A DNA stretch of 64,000 bases from Oculina patagonica (GCF_052425735.1 NC_135761.1:17298001-17362000); one strand, 5' to 3'. Counted from the first letter of the stretch, positions 47,222 through 60,844 are shown. The notes: a model not told the origin generated them from the sequence alone. Numbers and translations: made by a program.

Positions 47222-47500
47222 TTTAAAAAACTCATTAATAATTCATAAAGAAATTACAAAAGAAATTAATGTTAATGAGTGTCTTTATATCTAATAAAGA
47301 CACGGCTAAACTTTACGTCCAATTTTCTAGGGCAAAATAACCTTAAATCTAAATATTAGTGCAAGAATGAGTTGATCACATCAGAAGATTTTTAAGCCGC
47401 AAATTCGCAGTTCGTGTTTTATCAGTCTAAAACACTCGGCGCGCCTCGTGTTTTAAACTTGATAAAACACTGCTGCTCATTTATTAAACATTACGTAAGC
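47222..47500 (+). repeat. ~280-bp repeat, second copy at 48843-49128
   Basis: Near-identical TTAAAAAACTCATTAATAATTCATAAAG ... TTATTAAACATTAC at both sites. Confidence 0.8.
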
Positions 47501-49218
47501 ATCATTCTGGGAAACTTTATTTCACCTTAAAGAGATATTCCTGGGGTTCGTCACGAAATGATACTTTTATGGTTCGTTCTAAAGGTGCACTTTATTTATC
47601 AATCACCTGAATGACAAAGAAAGATGGGACAGCTTATGTGAGGCAAACGGTCATTTGAGAATTTTAAAGGCTTTTAAGATGTGTTTTATTGTAGGTCACG
47701 TGACATTATATGCATTGACATCTTGTTAAGAAAATGAGAATTTAATAAAAGAATTCTAGAAATTTGTTTCTAAAAAGTAAACAAGTTGAGTTCTCAGTTA
47801 GAGTTTACTACTCCTGGCCTTCAGTTTACAATAAAAGCTATGCAAGAACACCTGCTATTTACAACACAATTCTGCCACATTTATCTATTCTGTCGCACAT
47901 TATTTAAGTAGTTAATCTATTTTGTTGCACATGTATCTTCAGGAGTTGAAGCATGGGATCGCAGTAGGGAACATTTACAATGTACTCATATAAAAAAGTT
48001 GTTACTCCTTGCTTCACACTCAGGTCATTCATTGGCTATCTCCTAGCTGGCTGCATGGTCTTTACCAAAAAGGAAGAAATAAATCTTGCACACACGGTAA
48101 AGAATTCAGTTCTAGTGTCAATGCTCTCAAAACCTGCTACCACACAATAAATATCACAATGGTAGGTCTGTGTGTATGTGTGTGTGTGTGTGTGTGTGTG
48201 GGGGGGGGAGGAGAGAAAACCCCCCAAGTATTTCATATAAAAATATAATTATTATTATTTTAATTAAAAACTAGTAGCTATCATAACAACATATGCAATC
48301 CTGCTATTGCAAATCTATTCATAATTTTAAAATTCTCTATATAAAAAAAATTATTGACATACGTAATATTTAATTCTCTTTACTAATTGCCATAATAATT
48401 TCTGTCAATTCGAATTTTAATTGGATAATTTACTAACTCAAAACACTGAGTAGGACGACTTCTGTCAAAACTCGCAAATAAGCCATACACCTTTTTACTG
48501 ACCTAAAATTCTTATTCCAAATTGCAGGTGCAGCTTATTTGCAAAAAACATCAAAAAAAGTTTCTCAAATTTCTGTTTAACTTTTAAGGAAAACACTCAC
48601 TCCATTGAGAAAGTCAAATAATGAAGACTTAATTTACAAAGCTACAAAAAAGTAAGCAATAGTCAGTGAGTGGTGATTAATTTTGCAAAATTGCAGATAC
48701 TGTTACGTACTGTATATTCAGATTGTCAATCATTGTCTTTTTAAAGTTTTTTTTTTTTTGAAAACCTTTCTTCTCCAAACTTTAAGCTTCTAAACTTGGG
48801 TGCAGCTTATCTGTGAAATGTTTTACAGCAAATATATATTTTTTAAAAAACTCATTAATAATTCATAAAGAAAATTCAAAAGAAATTAATGTTTAATGAG
48901 TGTCTTTATATCTGATAAAGACACGGCTAAACTTTACGTCCAATTTTCTAGGCCAAAATAACCCCCAAATCTAAATATTAGTGCAAGAATGAGTTGATCT
49001 ACATCAGAAGATTTTTAAGCCGTTCAATAAATTTGCAGTTCGTGTTTTATCAAGTCTAAAACAATTGGCTGCGCCTCATGTTTTAAACTTGATAAAACAC
49101 TGCTGCTCATTTATTAAACATTACATAACCCATGTATTCAACAATAATGTTATGATGATGTAATGAGAAAATGAGATTCTGATCTGTTTGATTTGAAGGA
49201 TATTTGGAGTAATTTAAA

Positions 49219-49647
49219 TTAAGAACAGCAACCACTTTTCCACTGCTTAACCATTGGCTGCGGATTTTCTAGCTCCAAAGTGTTCGACGCTGGTGATTGT
49301 TCCTGATTGCCTTTTTGAACCAACATCTCTGCAATGGTGTTAAAAGTATCCTGAATGCCTTCTCCTGTCTTTGCGGATGTAAGAACACTGAGGCAGCACT
49401 CATTTGCAGTATTGAATAACTCAATGGTTTCAGTGGATATCTGACATTCAAGGTCCTTTTTGTTACCAACAAGTATTTTCAATGCATCTGGAGAAAATTC
49501 TTCCAGATCTCGAATCCAGTGTCCTAAATAGTGTATCGATGAAGGTTCATCCACACTATAAACAAAAATTGCGGCATGTGATCCACGATAGTAATTATTT
49601 GTTATTGTGCGAAATCTTTCCACTCCTGCTGTGTCCCATACACCAAG
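49219..49647 (-). CDS. Rab-like small GTPase A, exon 2
   Basis: TTTACAG|CTT; encodes LGVWDTAGVERFRTITNNYYRG...GNKKD...TSAKTG...SGCCS-stop. Confidence 0.92.
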   Translation of the reverse strand, partial: LGVWDTAGVERFRTITNNYYRGSHAAIFVYSVDEPSSIHYLGHWIRDLEEFSPDALKILVGNKKDLECQISTETIELFNTANECCLSVLTSAKTGEGIQDTFNTIAEMLVQKGNQEQSPASNTLELENPQPMVKQWKSGCCS

Positions 49648-49873
49648 CTGTAAACAAAAAATACCCAGATCAGATAGACTTCATTTCAAGAGAAATAAAA
49701 ATAAATAAGAAAAGGAAAAGAATGCACACAACATTAGTTGTTTACCATAGTGCACAAACCACACACCCTTTTTCAGACCAAAACGGTAAACATTTTTAAA
49801 TTATTTCGGGGGCAAAACGGCACAAAAACCAAAACCTTTGGTGCTGAACATACCATACCCACCCCCTGGGGGG

Positions 49874-50160
49874 TAAAGGTAAGGTTAAGCCTGCATACGA
49901 GCCAAGTGGCTCATCAGGTCAGAGCATATCCCGGTTTCCGTAGCATTAAGCAGCTAGGAGTATTTCTACTCCCCCCTGGATGGGATGCTAGTGCATCGCA
50001 GGGTTACCCTCCAGCAGTAAATTCACCGGCACCCATTTATACACCTGAGAGTAAATAAGTTTCTTGCCTAAGAACACAATGCAGTGTCCCAACCAGGTCT
50101 TGAAACCGGACCACTCGATTTGGAGTCTGGCACACTAACCATAAGGCCACCACACCTCCC
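49874..50160 (-). mobile_element. tRNA-derived SINE in the intron of Rab-like A
   Basis: Same family as 57078-57372, in reverse orientation; flanked by CTGGGGGG direct repeats. Confidence 0.75.
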
Positions 50161-50798
50161 CTGGGGGGACTTCCATACTATTTATGAAAGAGACAGGATT
50201 CTCATCAGAAAATTTGAATTAAACTGCTAACAGAGACCAATCTAGGTGTGCCTCAATCTTTTTCGATCCCTAAAAGACACCATTTTTCATGCCTGATTGG
50301 CATTTTATATTTTTTCACATACAGACCTCGACACCTAAAATCATTGCCTTTCTTTTCTCAACAAACTATACATGAGACCACATCTGTAATGTTCACCCCT
50401 TAGCGAGACGATGAGCACCCTGTCCCTTTCATATAATAAAGATCCTCCCATCCCCCCTCCCCAGGACCCACTTTATGTTATTAATCCCCTGGGATAAATA
50501 ACACAAAGGCCAGGCACCACTGCAGAAAACATCAGAAATAGAAGAAGTGATCAGATGACAGTCATCACAGCCCCTGAATTATATTAAGCTTACTCATATT
50601 CAACTGGTGGAAAATATAAAATTAACTGATAACTTGACAGTCATCTAAAAAATCCACAATTGCAGATCAAACAAACCAGAAGGATAACCGTTCCCTATTT
50701 TCGATAAAAAAAATGTCTTAAGCTTTATACTTAAAGTTTAATTTACCAAAAAGTATAATTTCTGAATAAGCTTTCAAGAGCTTAAATCTTTCACTTAC

Positions 50799-50981
50799 CG
50801 TCACTTGTTGGTCGCCAACCTTCACGTACAAAGAAAAGCTGTCAATTCCCACTGTGGTCTTCCTGCCGTCGTTAAATGAGTTTTCCTTTGCACGGTGAAA
50901 AATTGCTGTTTTTCCAACCCCGGCTTCGCCCAACAAGATAACTTTGAAAAGCGGACCCTTGTCTGCGCTTAGAGCCGCCAT
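50799..50981 (-). CDS. Rab-like small GTPase A, exon 1
   Basis: Encodes MAALSADKGPLFKVILLGEAGVGKT...TTVGIDSF...GDQQVT, then |GTAAGT; 183 bp, phase 0; spliced product 203 aa. Confidence 0.92.
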
Positions 50982-51300
50982 TGCTTTTTTACATGTCCCC
51001 ACAGGACACGGGCCTACAAGTTCATATCAGGGGGAGGGAGACGGGAAGTTGTTACAGGAGATAGATGCCTTTATTTCCAATCTACTATATTAGAAAAATA
51101 TAATTAAGTCATTCAAAGACGTAGATGAATTAAAATGGACTGTACCTTTTGTGAGAAATGAAATTTGTTTTCTTTTTCTTTCGATTTGTGTGCATTGTTT
51201 ATCCACCCCACCCCACCCTGCAGAGTATCCACGCGTTGTTGAGCCCGTGATTTCTGCGAAAAAGGAAAGGATTGTATTTCCTTCATTTCTGAGCAAAGAA

Positions 51301-51480
51301 ATGGCGAAAGAGGAGGGTGTTGAACTTATGTACAAAATCGTGCTCGCTGGAGATCTTGGTGTAGGCAAGACCTCGATATTTCAGAGGTATGACATCAACA
51401 AGTTTTTTGAGAACAAGGAGTCCACATTTGGCTTAGACAAATTAACGAAGGAGGTCGTAATAGATGGAAAGCGATGCAAG
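51301..51480 (+). CDS. Rab-like small GTPase B, exon 1
   Basis: Encodes MAKEEGVELMYKIVLAGDLGVGKT...STFGLD...IDGKRCK, then |GTTAGT; 180 bp, phase 0. Confidence 0.92.
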
Positions 51481-52698
51481 GTTAGTGGAATCTGTTCTTG
51501 TGAGTGAATGTGTAGACGACAAACTATTATTAAACGCTAACATACAGGTAGTGGCGGGGTTTTGATACAAATACTGTAAGTTTCTTAACAAGATGCATTC
51601 AACATTTCGCCCTTTGAAACATCAATAAAGGCCTCAAATATTTTTCAGCCAACCATAGAGCTATTTAAGCAGATTTAAGCTTAGGCTTAAATTATAAGTT
51701 TGTACACATTTTTCCTAAGCCATTAATGTCTTTCAGTATCAAGTTTTATGTAAGCTTACGTGTTTTGGAATAACTGTGTAAATACAAAAAACGTCATGCA
51801 ATATTAAAGATAATATTTGGGATAATGTAATTGGTTGAAGCATATCATGAAACAGAATATGGAACCATTTTGGGCATTTATTTTATAGAGTAAATAAGTA
51901 AAAAACAGCAACATAATTTCCATGTTTTCGCATACATGTATTTACACTGCACCTTTGGAAAACACATTCACTATGGAATTCAAAACTCGACAAATTGATG
52001 CATTTAAACTTATGTCGATCATCACCATGACAACAGCCAATAGTCTCTTGAATTGAGATCCACATACACCAATCGGCACAACTCATGCAAGTCGGCTGAA
52101 ATGACTGATGGCAGGGTGTAAAACAAGAAAGTCTTTGGTTAAAATTGAACTTCGAGGTTTGCATGTTTTTAAAAGGTGCATCAAAGGGCTGGGAATGAGA
52201 CATTTGGTTTAATTGCTAGTGTCTTTATCTATTTCATTGTCCCTAATGTCCATGCAGTATGTGTTGCCATAGTTTCTTAAGACGGATTCTGCTGAAAGTT
52301 CGAGCAATAAGTGCAAAAATTACGTACCAAAAGCCTACTCATAATACGGTAACATTTTATATACTATTTGAAACACCTTACTTAAATTCATTTGTGTCAG
52401 TGACCCCGGGATTAAACTCTAAAGCATTCTCGAGAAAATTCAAGTCAAACCTCGTAAAAAGGTGTAAACCGCGCCATTTTGTTTGAAACTGACGTGAAAC
52501 GTCCGTTTTAACTGAAATGTAGATAACTTCAAATCCATTTTCTCTCTAAAAAGTTGATTAATTGCCAGGCAACTGGAACAGTGTATTTCCCTGAGACTAG
52601 AAACCTTTATGCTAATGCTATTTTCTACTGGGTTCCCACCCCCTTACCCTTACCCTCCCAGCAACTCCAAAGCACCAAGGGTAGGCGCTCTGCTCTGC

Positions 52699-53116
52699 TA
52701 TACCTGCCAACTCTTTCTGGGTCAATGGCGTGAGATTTTTATCCTGTGATTGCCAGTATTTCCGAAGACAATAAAACCATGTCTGAAGTTTTCCGAAGAT
52801 GTGTGTTCAGAATTCTGAAGGCTGTGTGTGGACGTGTTTTGCTAAACATGACCGCGTTCCCAATGCCTTTCTTGTCAAAACTGAGATTTTGGGGGAAGTA
52901 TTGTCATTTACTCATTTTGCATGGAGTTTTCTTTTCTCGCATTTGTTTGAGTTTGCATTTTTTTGGAAAGTGTGTCGGTTATGGCTGTAATAACTCACAT
53001 ACATGTATTTCGACTAGGCATGAGAAATTGGTTGTAAGCTTGAGTTGGCGCGAGATCGAAGTTTTCAACTCGCAGGTGTGAGACTCACGCCTTAAGCATG
53101 AGAGTTGGCAGGTATA
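52699..53116. mobile_element. MITE with 6-bp TSD in the intron of Rab-like B
   Basis: CTCTGC|TATACCTGCCAACTCT ... AGAGTTGGCAGGTATA|CTCTGC. Confidence 0.8.
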
Positions 53117-53410
53117 CTCTGCAGAGGCCTCTTTTCTTTTTCGAATGGGCTGGGCAATCATCGATCCTTATCGCGCCATTGGACGCATAAGGCCTCAATA
53201 AGGCTGGGCAATAAGGAAAGATTAAAAGTATGTGCATGGAGCCTGGCCGGGGAGAGAGAAACAAAAGTGCACAGGGTTATGGAGCCTCTGCAGAGGAAAA
53301 AGCAAGGTAGGATATAGCTGACTGGAAGCAGACTGATTGGTGTGGTCATCGAAATAACTGACTTAAAGATGTTAATTGACGTTTAATTGCTATATTTTGA
53401 TCTTTACAAG

Positions 53411-53854
53411 ATTAATGTGTGGGACACAGCTGGAATGGAACGGACACGGTCCCTAACATCAAACTATTACCGCAGTTCTCAAGCAGTTATCCTTGTGTAT
53501 GCTATAGATGACATGTACTCTCTGACTGTACTGCGAAGCTGGATAGAAGACATAACCAAGGATGCCACAAGTGCTCTGAAATTTCTTGTTGGGAACAAAA
53601 TAGATCTTTCAGATGAAGGGTCTCAAGTTGATGATCAGCTAGCAGAGTCGTTTTGCAAGAACAACAGAATAGAAAAACTGTATAGAGTGTCAGCCAAGAC
53701 TGGTGCTGGAGTTAAAGAGATGTTTGATGACGTTGTAAAGATCTTGATAACTAAGAAGAAGGAGTCCACCATACGGGATAAAAATGCTTTTTCACTCTAT
53801 GAAAATGGCAATGAAAATGAAGCTGCAAAAAGCAAAAGTAATTGCGGTTGTTGA
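53411..53854 (+). CDS. Rab-like small GTPase B, exon 2
   Basis: TTTACAAG|ATT; encodes INVWDTAGMERTRSLTSNYYRS...GNKID...VSAKTG...SNCGC-stop; spliced product 207 aa. Confidence 0.92.
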   Translation: MNVWDTAGMERTRSLTSNYYRSSQAVILVYAIDDMYSLTVLRSWIEDITKDATSALKFLVGNKIDLSDEGSQVDDQLAESFCKNNRIEKLYRVSAKTGAGVKEMFDDVVKILITKKKESTIRDKNAFSLYENGNENEAAKSKSNCGC

Positions 53855-54578
53855 TAGGATTACAAAAATTATACATTTACATTATTTTAATTATTATTTA
53901 ATAGGTAAATGTGGTATTCTCACACTGAAGTGCAAAATAATAGAAAGCATAAATTTTAAAGTATAGTGCATCCCTTTAATTACTGTGGTAACCTTACAAA
54001 GTGATTTAGGGATGAAGGCAAATGCTGACAGAAATTGCAAAGAAAAGGTACTGTGCCTAATGAAGATAACATAACAATAACAACACAAACACAACATAAT
54101 GATAACATAACACAAACTTCTTTTAAAAATTATTTTTTTTTTTTTTTTTTTTATACAAAAAAAAAAAAACTGGCATAATGTATAGGACTGTGTGGAAATC
54201 TTACCTCCGAATTTTTTATATCAGAGTGAATATGATTTATAATTACATTTTTTACATAAAAAATAGCAGATACAATATTTATCTCTAAGCAAAATCAATG
54301 GCTATTACTGAGCCAGGCTAGTGACAGAATTACATGTAATCAGCTTTGCAAAAAGATGATCAATGAAAATTATTTTTATTCCACACTGTGTTTGCCTTGT
54401 GTTAAATGATCCGTTTCATTAATAATTACTGACCCTCCAAAATCCTATTGTTTTCTCTTTGCAATATCTCAATGATTGCAGCCAGCCATGTACCAAAACA
54501 TCTAAGTATGTGAAAGCAACTAAAATTGTCAAATGCAGCAACCCTTCAAATTGAGAGCATTTTGGAGCTGGTTACTAG

Positions 54579-54745
54579 CAGTGGTGGATCCAGACCTTCA
54601 GCTAAGGGGGGGGGGGGGGTCTGCTTGACTATGAATATTCAATTCTGCGAAGAAAATTCCGGCACTTCAAAGAAAATGCGCTATTTCCGAAAAAATAAGG
54701 GGGGGGGAGCGGGCCCCGCAGCACTTCAAAGTGGATCCGCCACTG
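54579..54745. mobile_element. hAT-like MITE
   Basis: CAGTGGTGGATCCA ... TGGATCCGCCACTG; flanks ACTAG / ACTAA. Confidence 0.7.
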
Positions 54746-54963
54746 ACTAAATTGGAACGTAAGTTGCCAGTCTCGTGACTAAAATTGAGAAGAAGGATTG
54801 AAAACGCGATCTTATTATTTAGCGACTAAAGTTTTTTACTGGCGACCAAAAATTAATGGCCACTAAGGAAAAAAATAAACTTGGAGTGGCATTGTGCAGA
54901 GAGATCAATAATTACTTTGGTTCACATCAGCCTCAATCAGCTGTCTGCATTATAACCAATAAT

Positions 54964-55194
54964 GAGGCCCTGCCAGGGGGATCCCGTGTTGCTGGTCTAA
55001 ACTTAAAAATGTCCTGTGTCGCTGTTTTATCGGACTTCCTGTCGCTGTCAGTAGTTGAATTGAAGGAAAACTGCTTGTCCTTGTTGGAATTTAAGTTTTT
55101 CCATTAGGGTTGTCGTTTGTCGCGATTTTAATTTATGTGCTGTCACTACTTTTTGGGCCATGTCGCCTGTCGGAATTTACCCTGGCAGGGCCTC
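54964..55194. mobile_element. MITE with 6-bp TSD
   Basis: AATAAT|GAGGCCCTGCCAGGG ... CCCTGGCAGGGCCTC|AATAAT. Confidence 0.85.
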
Positions 55195-57077
55195 AATAAT
55201 GCTGTGAACCTCAGTGAATTCACTGCTGTTTGGTAAAGAAATTGTTTTGTTTTGTTTTTTGTTTTTTAAGTTTTTTAGGTGGGGGGGGGGGGGGGAAAGA
55301 GGTACATTCGCATAATTTTTGTGACTACTGCGCATGCGCCAGTAGTCACTATTGCTGTCATGTCCGTCCCGAAAGTAAGTAAGTAACAATAGAGTATACT
55401 TCGGAGCCAATCAGCACAAAGAAATACAGATATGTGAGTCTCTTCGGTAACACTTCGTAACAACGATGGCCTACCGATGGTCTACGATGACAAACGAACA
55501 TCTTTGTAGTGATCGATTACATGTTCGATTGCGAGGTCTGTGTTTTATATTTTACAACATTCACCTCTCACAGCTTTCGTATTTTGTTTCTAACCGAACA
55601 GATGAAAGGTTTCGTGAGAATTTTTCAGCTTTTAGGTCGGTATAGAAAGTATACGACAAATTTCTCGACTTCGCTTCGCTCTCAGCTTTGGAACGGATTG
55701 TTCGATCGCGAGTTAAGTGTTTTTATATTTTACAACATCACACAGCGTTCACATTTGCTTCCAACCGATCGGATAAAAGGTTTGGTGAGTACATTTACGC
55801 CTTTAGCTCGACCAGTTATTAGTGTGCGACGAATATGTATTGTATTTTAACCTGATTTGACCACGCGTGATTAACAACACGTGCGCTTGCCGATACTCCA
55901 ACTCCATAATTGTAAAGTACATTAGCCTCGTGTGAAGAAATTGAACCCCTCTTTAGGAGAATTCAGCCACTGCGGATGAATATTTCGCGCTTAAGTTTTA
56001 GGGAAATACATGATCCTCTCTCCCACTATGGTAATAATATAATATTGTGTCCGTTTACGTAGCAAACAAATCTGAGCAAGTGCCTGCTATTGACCTCTAC
56101 GGTCGAATTAAATCTTCTAGTGATCGAGAAACTATCGATGTGAAAGCTGTGGTGAATCATTACTCCAGAACTGTGATTTGTTAGATGTATTAAAACATAA
56201 TGATCGTAAACCGTAGTAGTTCGATCAAATAAGCGATAAACTACAGTGTTCATCATTCAAGCCCTCGCAGCCTAAAGTTCAAGTCACGCAATCGCTTTAA
56301 TACAAGTACTTTTACATATATACAACTCCACAGTACGCTTTTATTTGAGATTTTAGTCTTAATATCCGCTTTTTAATTGTAATTCTAATTGTAATATTTT
56401 ACTAATATTGCAACCTTTATTTACTAAATTCAGCAATAATTATTTCTTTATTGCAAATCATTCAAGTTAAGTATTTACAGGTAATTAAACAACTTCCAGG
56501 CATAGAAGATGAATGAAAGTTTCCGGTTAATACAAACACAGTTTTTCTCCTGTGTATACAATTAAAAAAAGTTTTTTGATTGCCAATTACAAGGAAATGA
56601 ACAAACAAATAACCTGCAGAGCAGTGTGCCTCTCACCAAGAAAGTGTGAAGTTTTTACCGATTACAGTAAAAAGAAAAACCCATTTGTATATAAGTTAAA
56701 AAGTTCAACGCGGACACCTTTTCGAACACCAATAATATCTTGATGGGTACAGTTGTAGATACTATGATATGTAGCTGAACACTATCCACTTGACTTCTCA
56801 AGATCAGAAAATGAGAAATTCAAACCTATTGTGCTTCTATTAAAGGCAAACCAAAAGCAAATATGAATTGTTCTGCAATGCTTTGAATAATTATGTTCTG
56901 TTCTTGTTACCTATAGATATACAAAATAACGATGTAGCAACTTCTGTTAAATAGATCTCACTAAGTTGTTGTATCATTCTTGTTTGATATTAAAGTTTAT
57001 TAAATTAATTGAAACTGTTTTTGATTATCCAATAATTTTTGGGTTGTATTTTGGAGCCGATTTTTGGTTACTTTTGT

Positions 57078-57372
57078 GGGAGGCGCAGTGGCCTAATGGT
57101 TAGTGTGCTGAACTACTGATCAAAATGCAAGCAGTCGGGGTTCGAGCTCTGGTGCGGCGTTTTGTTCTTGGGCAGGAAACGTAACTCTCATGGTGTCTCA
57201 CTTCACCCAGGTGTTTAATGAAATGGAAACTGGAAAATTGACTGCTAGGGGGTAACCCTGCAATAGACTTGCATTCCATCCAGGGGGAATAGAAACACTT
57301 CTAGTTAAATGCTAAGGAAACCGGGATAAGCTTCAGCCTGATGGGCTACTTAGCTCATATGCAGACTCTTCC
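57078..57372 (+). mobile_element. tRNA-derived SINE
   Basis: A-box TGGCCTAATGG, B-box GGTTCGAGCTC; body shared with 49874-50160. Confidence 0.75.
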
Positions 57373-57982
57373 TATTATCTTCTTGATTACCACTGATTTA
57401 TACACCATATAACACTCTGACCGACAGTTTGACAATAAATATAGCCGCATATATATGCCAATTCTACTTTCGTAATTTTCATCGTCTTAGCAGTAGTCAC
57501 ACGCGCCTGTAGGCGCCTATTTTTCTATTTTGCTTTACCGTTTGAGACATTTTTATTGTTATCAAACAGATTTGCATTATTCATTATATAACTCCCATCT
57601 AGCAAATAGAGTATGATTATTTTAATTAACCCAAAGCATATTTTTATGGGACGCTTTGCACCTCTAATAATTTATGGACTGTATTATTTTGAAGGCTCTA
57701 GCAACTTTTGCCTTGCCTATAATTTTACTGACTAAAATGGAGCTGACGTTCCATTATCATTGAACAAAATAGCTCAATTCACGCATAGCATGTAAACTGG
57801 CATCTCCCTAAAGCCCCAATAGGGTGAAAAAAAAATGAGAGAGTAGAGTGAGACGAAAGAAAATCAGACAGAGATCTTCCTACCCAGACCATGCTTGGGT
57901 AACTTCTCTGACTGTTGTTGTTGTTGTTTTTAATTTTGCTATACCCCACTATGGAGCCAGCCCTGGCAGGCTAAATCCATGT

Positions 57983-58203
57983 AATAGACCAATTCGGCTA
58001 ACATGTTTACATCGTTGTTGCCCCCCACGACAGATCATGTCATGATTCCTTTGGGAGGTTACAATTGTTCTGTTCGTTCATACTCCCATGCGCTCAGTTA
58101 CGTGTGACAAATATTGCACAATTGTAACCTCCCAAAGGAATCATCACATTGTCTGATTTGGGTGGCAACAACGATGTAAACATGTTAGCTGAATTTGTCT
58201 ATT
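57983..58203. mobile_element. Palindromic MITE
   Basis: AATAGACCAATTCGGCTAACATGTTTACATCGTTGTTGCC and its near-perfect reverse complement. Confidence 0.75.
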
Positions 58204-58993
58204 ATCATTTTGAAATTTATTTATTTTTATCCCTTCAAATTAACTTATAGATAAAGCATAATTTAAATAGATTTAGCCAAGCTTAAAAGCGAAGCTCCCC
58301 GGTTATTTACTTCACCCTTTTCGAAAATCCGAATTTACTGACCGATAACAGAAAAAATAGAGCACTTGAGCCTGGGGTCCAATGTAAACCATTACTTGGT
58401 CAGCGGTAAACTTCGAAAAAACATTCGACCTCGATGAGTTCTATATGTGAGCCCACGATATGGTCATGTGATACTGGTCAGCAGATACCTTGTTTTGACA
58501 GCTGTCAATTGACCATGACATGGATGTCCAATATCAAAGATGTAAGCTGATATTAACCATAACCTTAAACCTATTTCTAGAGTATGTCTGCCATGTTGGG
58601 GCAACATCGTCGTTGCTAGGGCACACGTGCCCACGAACCATACCACTAGCCATGATGACCAAGAAAAACCAAAAGCATGGGTCGATTAATTTTCTATGGG
58701 TATGGGGCTCTGCTCTGCGGCCCTTTGGGCCACTGGGAGCTCCGCTATTAATATATATTTTTTTCGGTAAAACTTAAGCCTTTATTACACATGTGTACCT
58801 GTTAACAACAGATACCGGTAATAAAATTTTGTTATTTTTAAAAAGATATTCCTACATGCAAACATATTTTATTGGCATTTTAAGCAGTCTGATTGGTCAA
58901 TCTTAGGATATTCAATACTATCTAACAGTAGATACTTGGTATCATGTCGAGATTGATGGGTTAATAATAAATTATTGTAAATTGTTTGTCATG

Positions 58994-59485
58994 TTAGTGA
59001 AAGCAGCATCTCTTTCTCCTTCGAGGGCTATTTGCATCATCTTCTATTTGCAAGGTAATAATCTCATTAGGACCATTACAATTGTACCGAGCAGTTTCCT
59101 CAGTTGAACATGCGGTGCGACCTACATGTGTAGTTTTCATGGGTGTGGCTTTCTTTATCAAATGGGAGGCCACTGATTGTAGCATTTCTTGAATTCCTTC
59201 ATTAGTTACAGCAGAAGTCTTAAACTGAAGTGTAAAGGCATTGGGTGGAATTGATGCCATTGCGTCATCTTCACTGACAGTTGCATCTAAGTCAATCTTA
59301 TTTCTAATAAGAATGCAGCAAGCTCCTTGTGCATTGATTTTGACAAAGTTTAACAGTTCAATGGCTTGGCTGAAAGAATCCCTATCAGTTGCACTGTATA
59401 CAAACAGAACAACTTGGCTAAGTACAAAGTGAGAGCGAGTTAACTGTGCATGCCTTTCAAGTCCACAGGTGTCGCACAGAATAAG
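58994..59485 (-). CDS. Divergent Rab-like small GTPase C, exon 2
   Basis: TTTGCAG|CTT; encodes LILCDTCGLERHAQLTRSHF...RNKID...KTSAVT...RRRKRCCFH-stop. Confidence 0.88.
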   Translation of the reverse strand, partial: LILCDTCGLERHAQLTRSHFVLSQVVLFVYSATDRDSFSQAIELLNFVKINAQGACCILIRNKIDLDATVSEDDAMASIPPNAFTLQFKTSAVTNEGIQEMLQSVASHLIKKATPMKTTHVGRTACSTEETARYNCNGPNEIITLQIEDDANSPRRRKRCCFH

Positions 59486-59619
59486 CTGCAAATCAAAACA
59501 ATGAAACTCGTTTAATCAGTTACTTGGTAGGTACTTGCAGATTGAGAGTGCATGGTGACACACAGGGTAGTAGAGGGGAACAGGGGGCGGGAGCCGGGGA
59601 GAAAAGGGGTGGGAAGCAG

Positions 59620-59918
59620 GATTCTTAAGGTGGCGGGAACCAGGAGAAAATGAGCGAAATTTCGTAACATTTCATTATATTTTGCAATAGACATATGCAT
59701 GGAACAAACAGCTGGAGAGAACAGCTACGGAAAGGGGCAGGAGGCGGGAGTAAAAGGTACGGGAGGTGGATTCTTAAGGTGGTGGGAACCAGGAGAAAAT
59801 GAGTGAAATTTCGTAACATTTCATTATATTTTGCAATAGACATATGCATGGAACAAACAGCTGGAGAGAACAGCTACGGAAAGGGGCGGGAGGCGGGAGT
59901 AAAAGGTACGGGAGGTGG
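59620..59918. repeat. Two-copy ~149-bp tandem duplication inside an intronic repeat
   Basis: GATTCTTAAGGTGG.GGGAACCAGGAG ... GGTACGGGAGGTGG, twice. Confidence 0.8.
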
Positions 59919-60275
59919 GAGGTTCAGACCCCCACTGTCCCCCCCATAGGGTAATTACCCTTCTTTTAGTAACAGACTGTTGGTTTTTCATTTATTAAAA
60001 TCAGGTTGCGTGTCTGCTTACCCAACTTAGCTAGGACTATTTGTCTGCTTCCTACACCGTACCTATCACATTACACTTATATGCTGACATACCTTGCCCA
60101 GAGCTATACACATAGGAGTGTTTCTCCAATCTGCTGATGTCCCTATGTCACACAAGCCCAACCGCACACAAGCCCCACCCCTCTCCCTCCCACGACTGTG
60201 CTGGTGCCATAACATAAAAACTTTCACTACTCCCTATTCTCTCTATCTAGTATAATTACGAAAATATACCAATTA

Positions 60276-60642
60276 GGGCCTCTTTGCATGAGAGTTTTTG
60301 TCCCGGGATGACTTTCGTCCCGGGATGAATTCATCTCGGTGTCTGATCATTTTCTTGTTGCTGTTTACATGATGATACATGATTTCGTCCCGGGATGAGT
60401 TCATTCCGGTACGATTTCATCCTGGGATGAAACACCGGGATGAAATGTCATCCTGGGATTAAACGTGATGAAAAACCCCATGTAAACAGCCCTTCCCGGG
60501 ATGAAATGTAATGTTATGTAAGCACAGGCTAGATGAATTCAACTCGGGCGGGACGACTTATCCCGGGATGAACACGCTCATGTAAAATAAATTTTTTTCA
60601 TCCCAGGACGAAACTCATCTCGGCTCTCATGTAAAGAGGCCC
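60276..60642. mobile_element. PIF/Harbinger-type MITE with TTA TSD
   Basis: TTA|GGGCCTCTTTGCATGAGAG ... CTCTCATGTAAAGAGGCCC|TTA; internal CCCGGGATGA repeats. Confidence 0.88.
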
Positions 60643-60673
60643 TTAGTAGGAAAATGTTACCAATTCATCATAC

Positions 60674-60844
60674 CTCAACTGTTGTACCATCTACTTCCAC
60701 TGTTACTTTACGCTCATGATCCTTTAAAGTTTTGCTTGGACGTGACTTACTGTCCTGCAGTGGTAATCCACACACGCGACGGAAAATGGACGTCTTTCCC
60801 ACACCAGTCTTTCCACATAATACAACCTTGTATGTATTGACCAT
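60674..60844 (-). CDS. Divergent Rab-like small GTPase C, first coding exon
   Basis: Encodes MVNTYKVVLCGKTGVGKTSIFRR...VEVDGTTVE, then |GTATGA; 171 bp, phase 0; spliced product 220 aa. Confidence 0.88.

Noticed and set aside
51151-51300. N-terminal extension of Rab-like B in the ORF track
   Set aside because: Starts at GTG. The ATG at 51301 gives a normal Rab N-terminus, and the region is the A/B intergenic spacer.
55321-55349. Hairpin around an NRF1-like TGCGCATGCGC
   Set aside because: No associated gene start was found; more likely part of a repeat.
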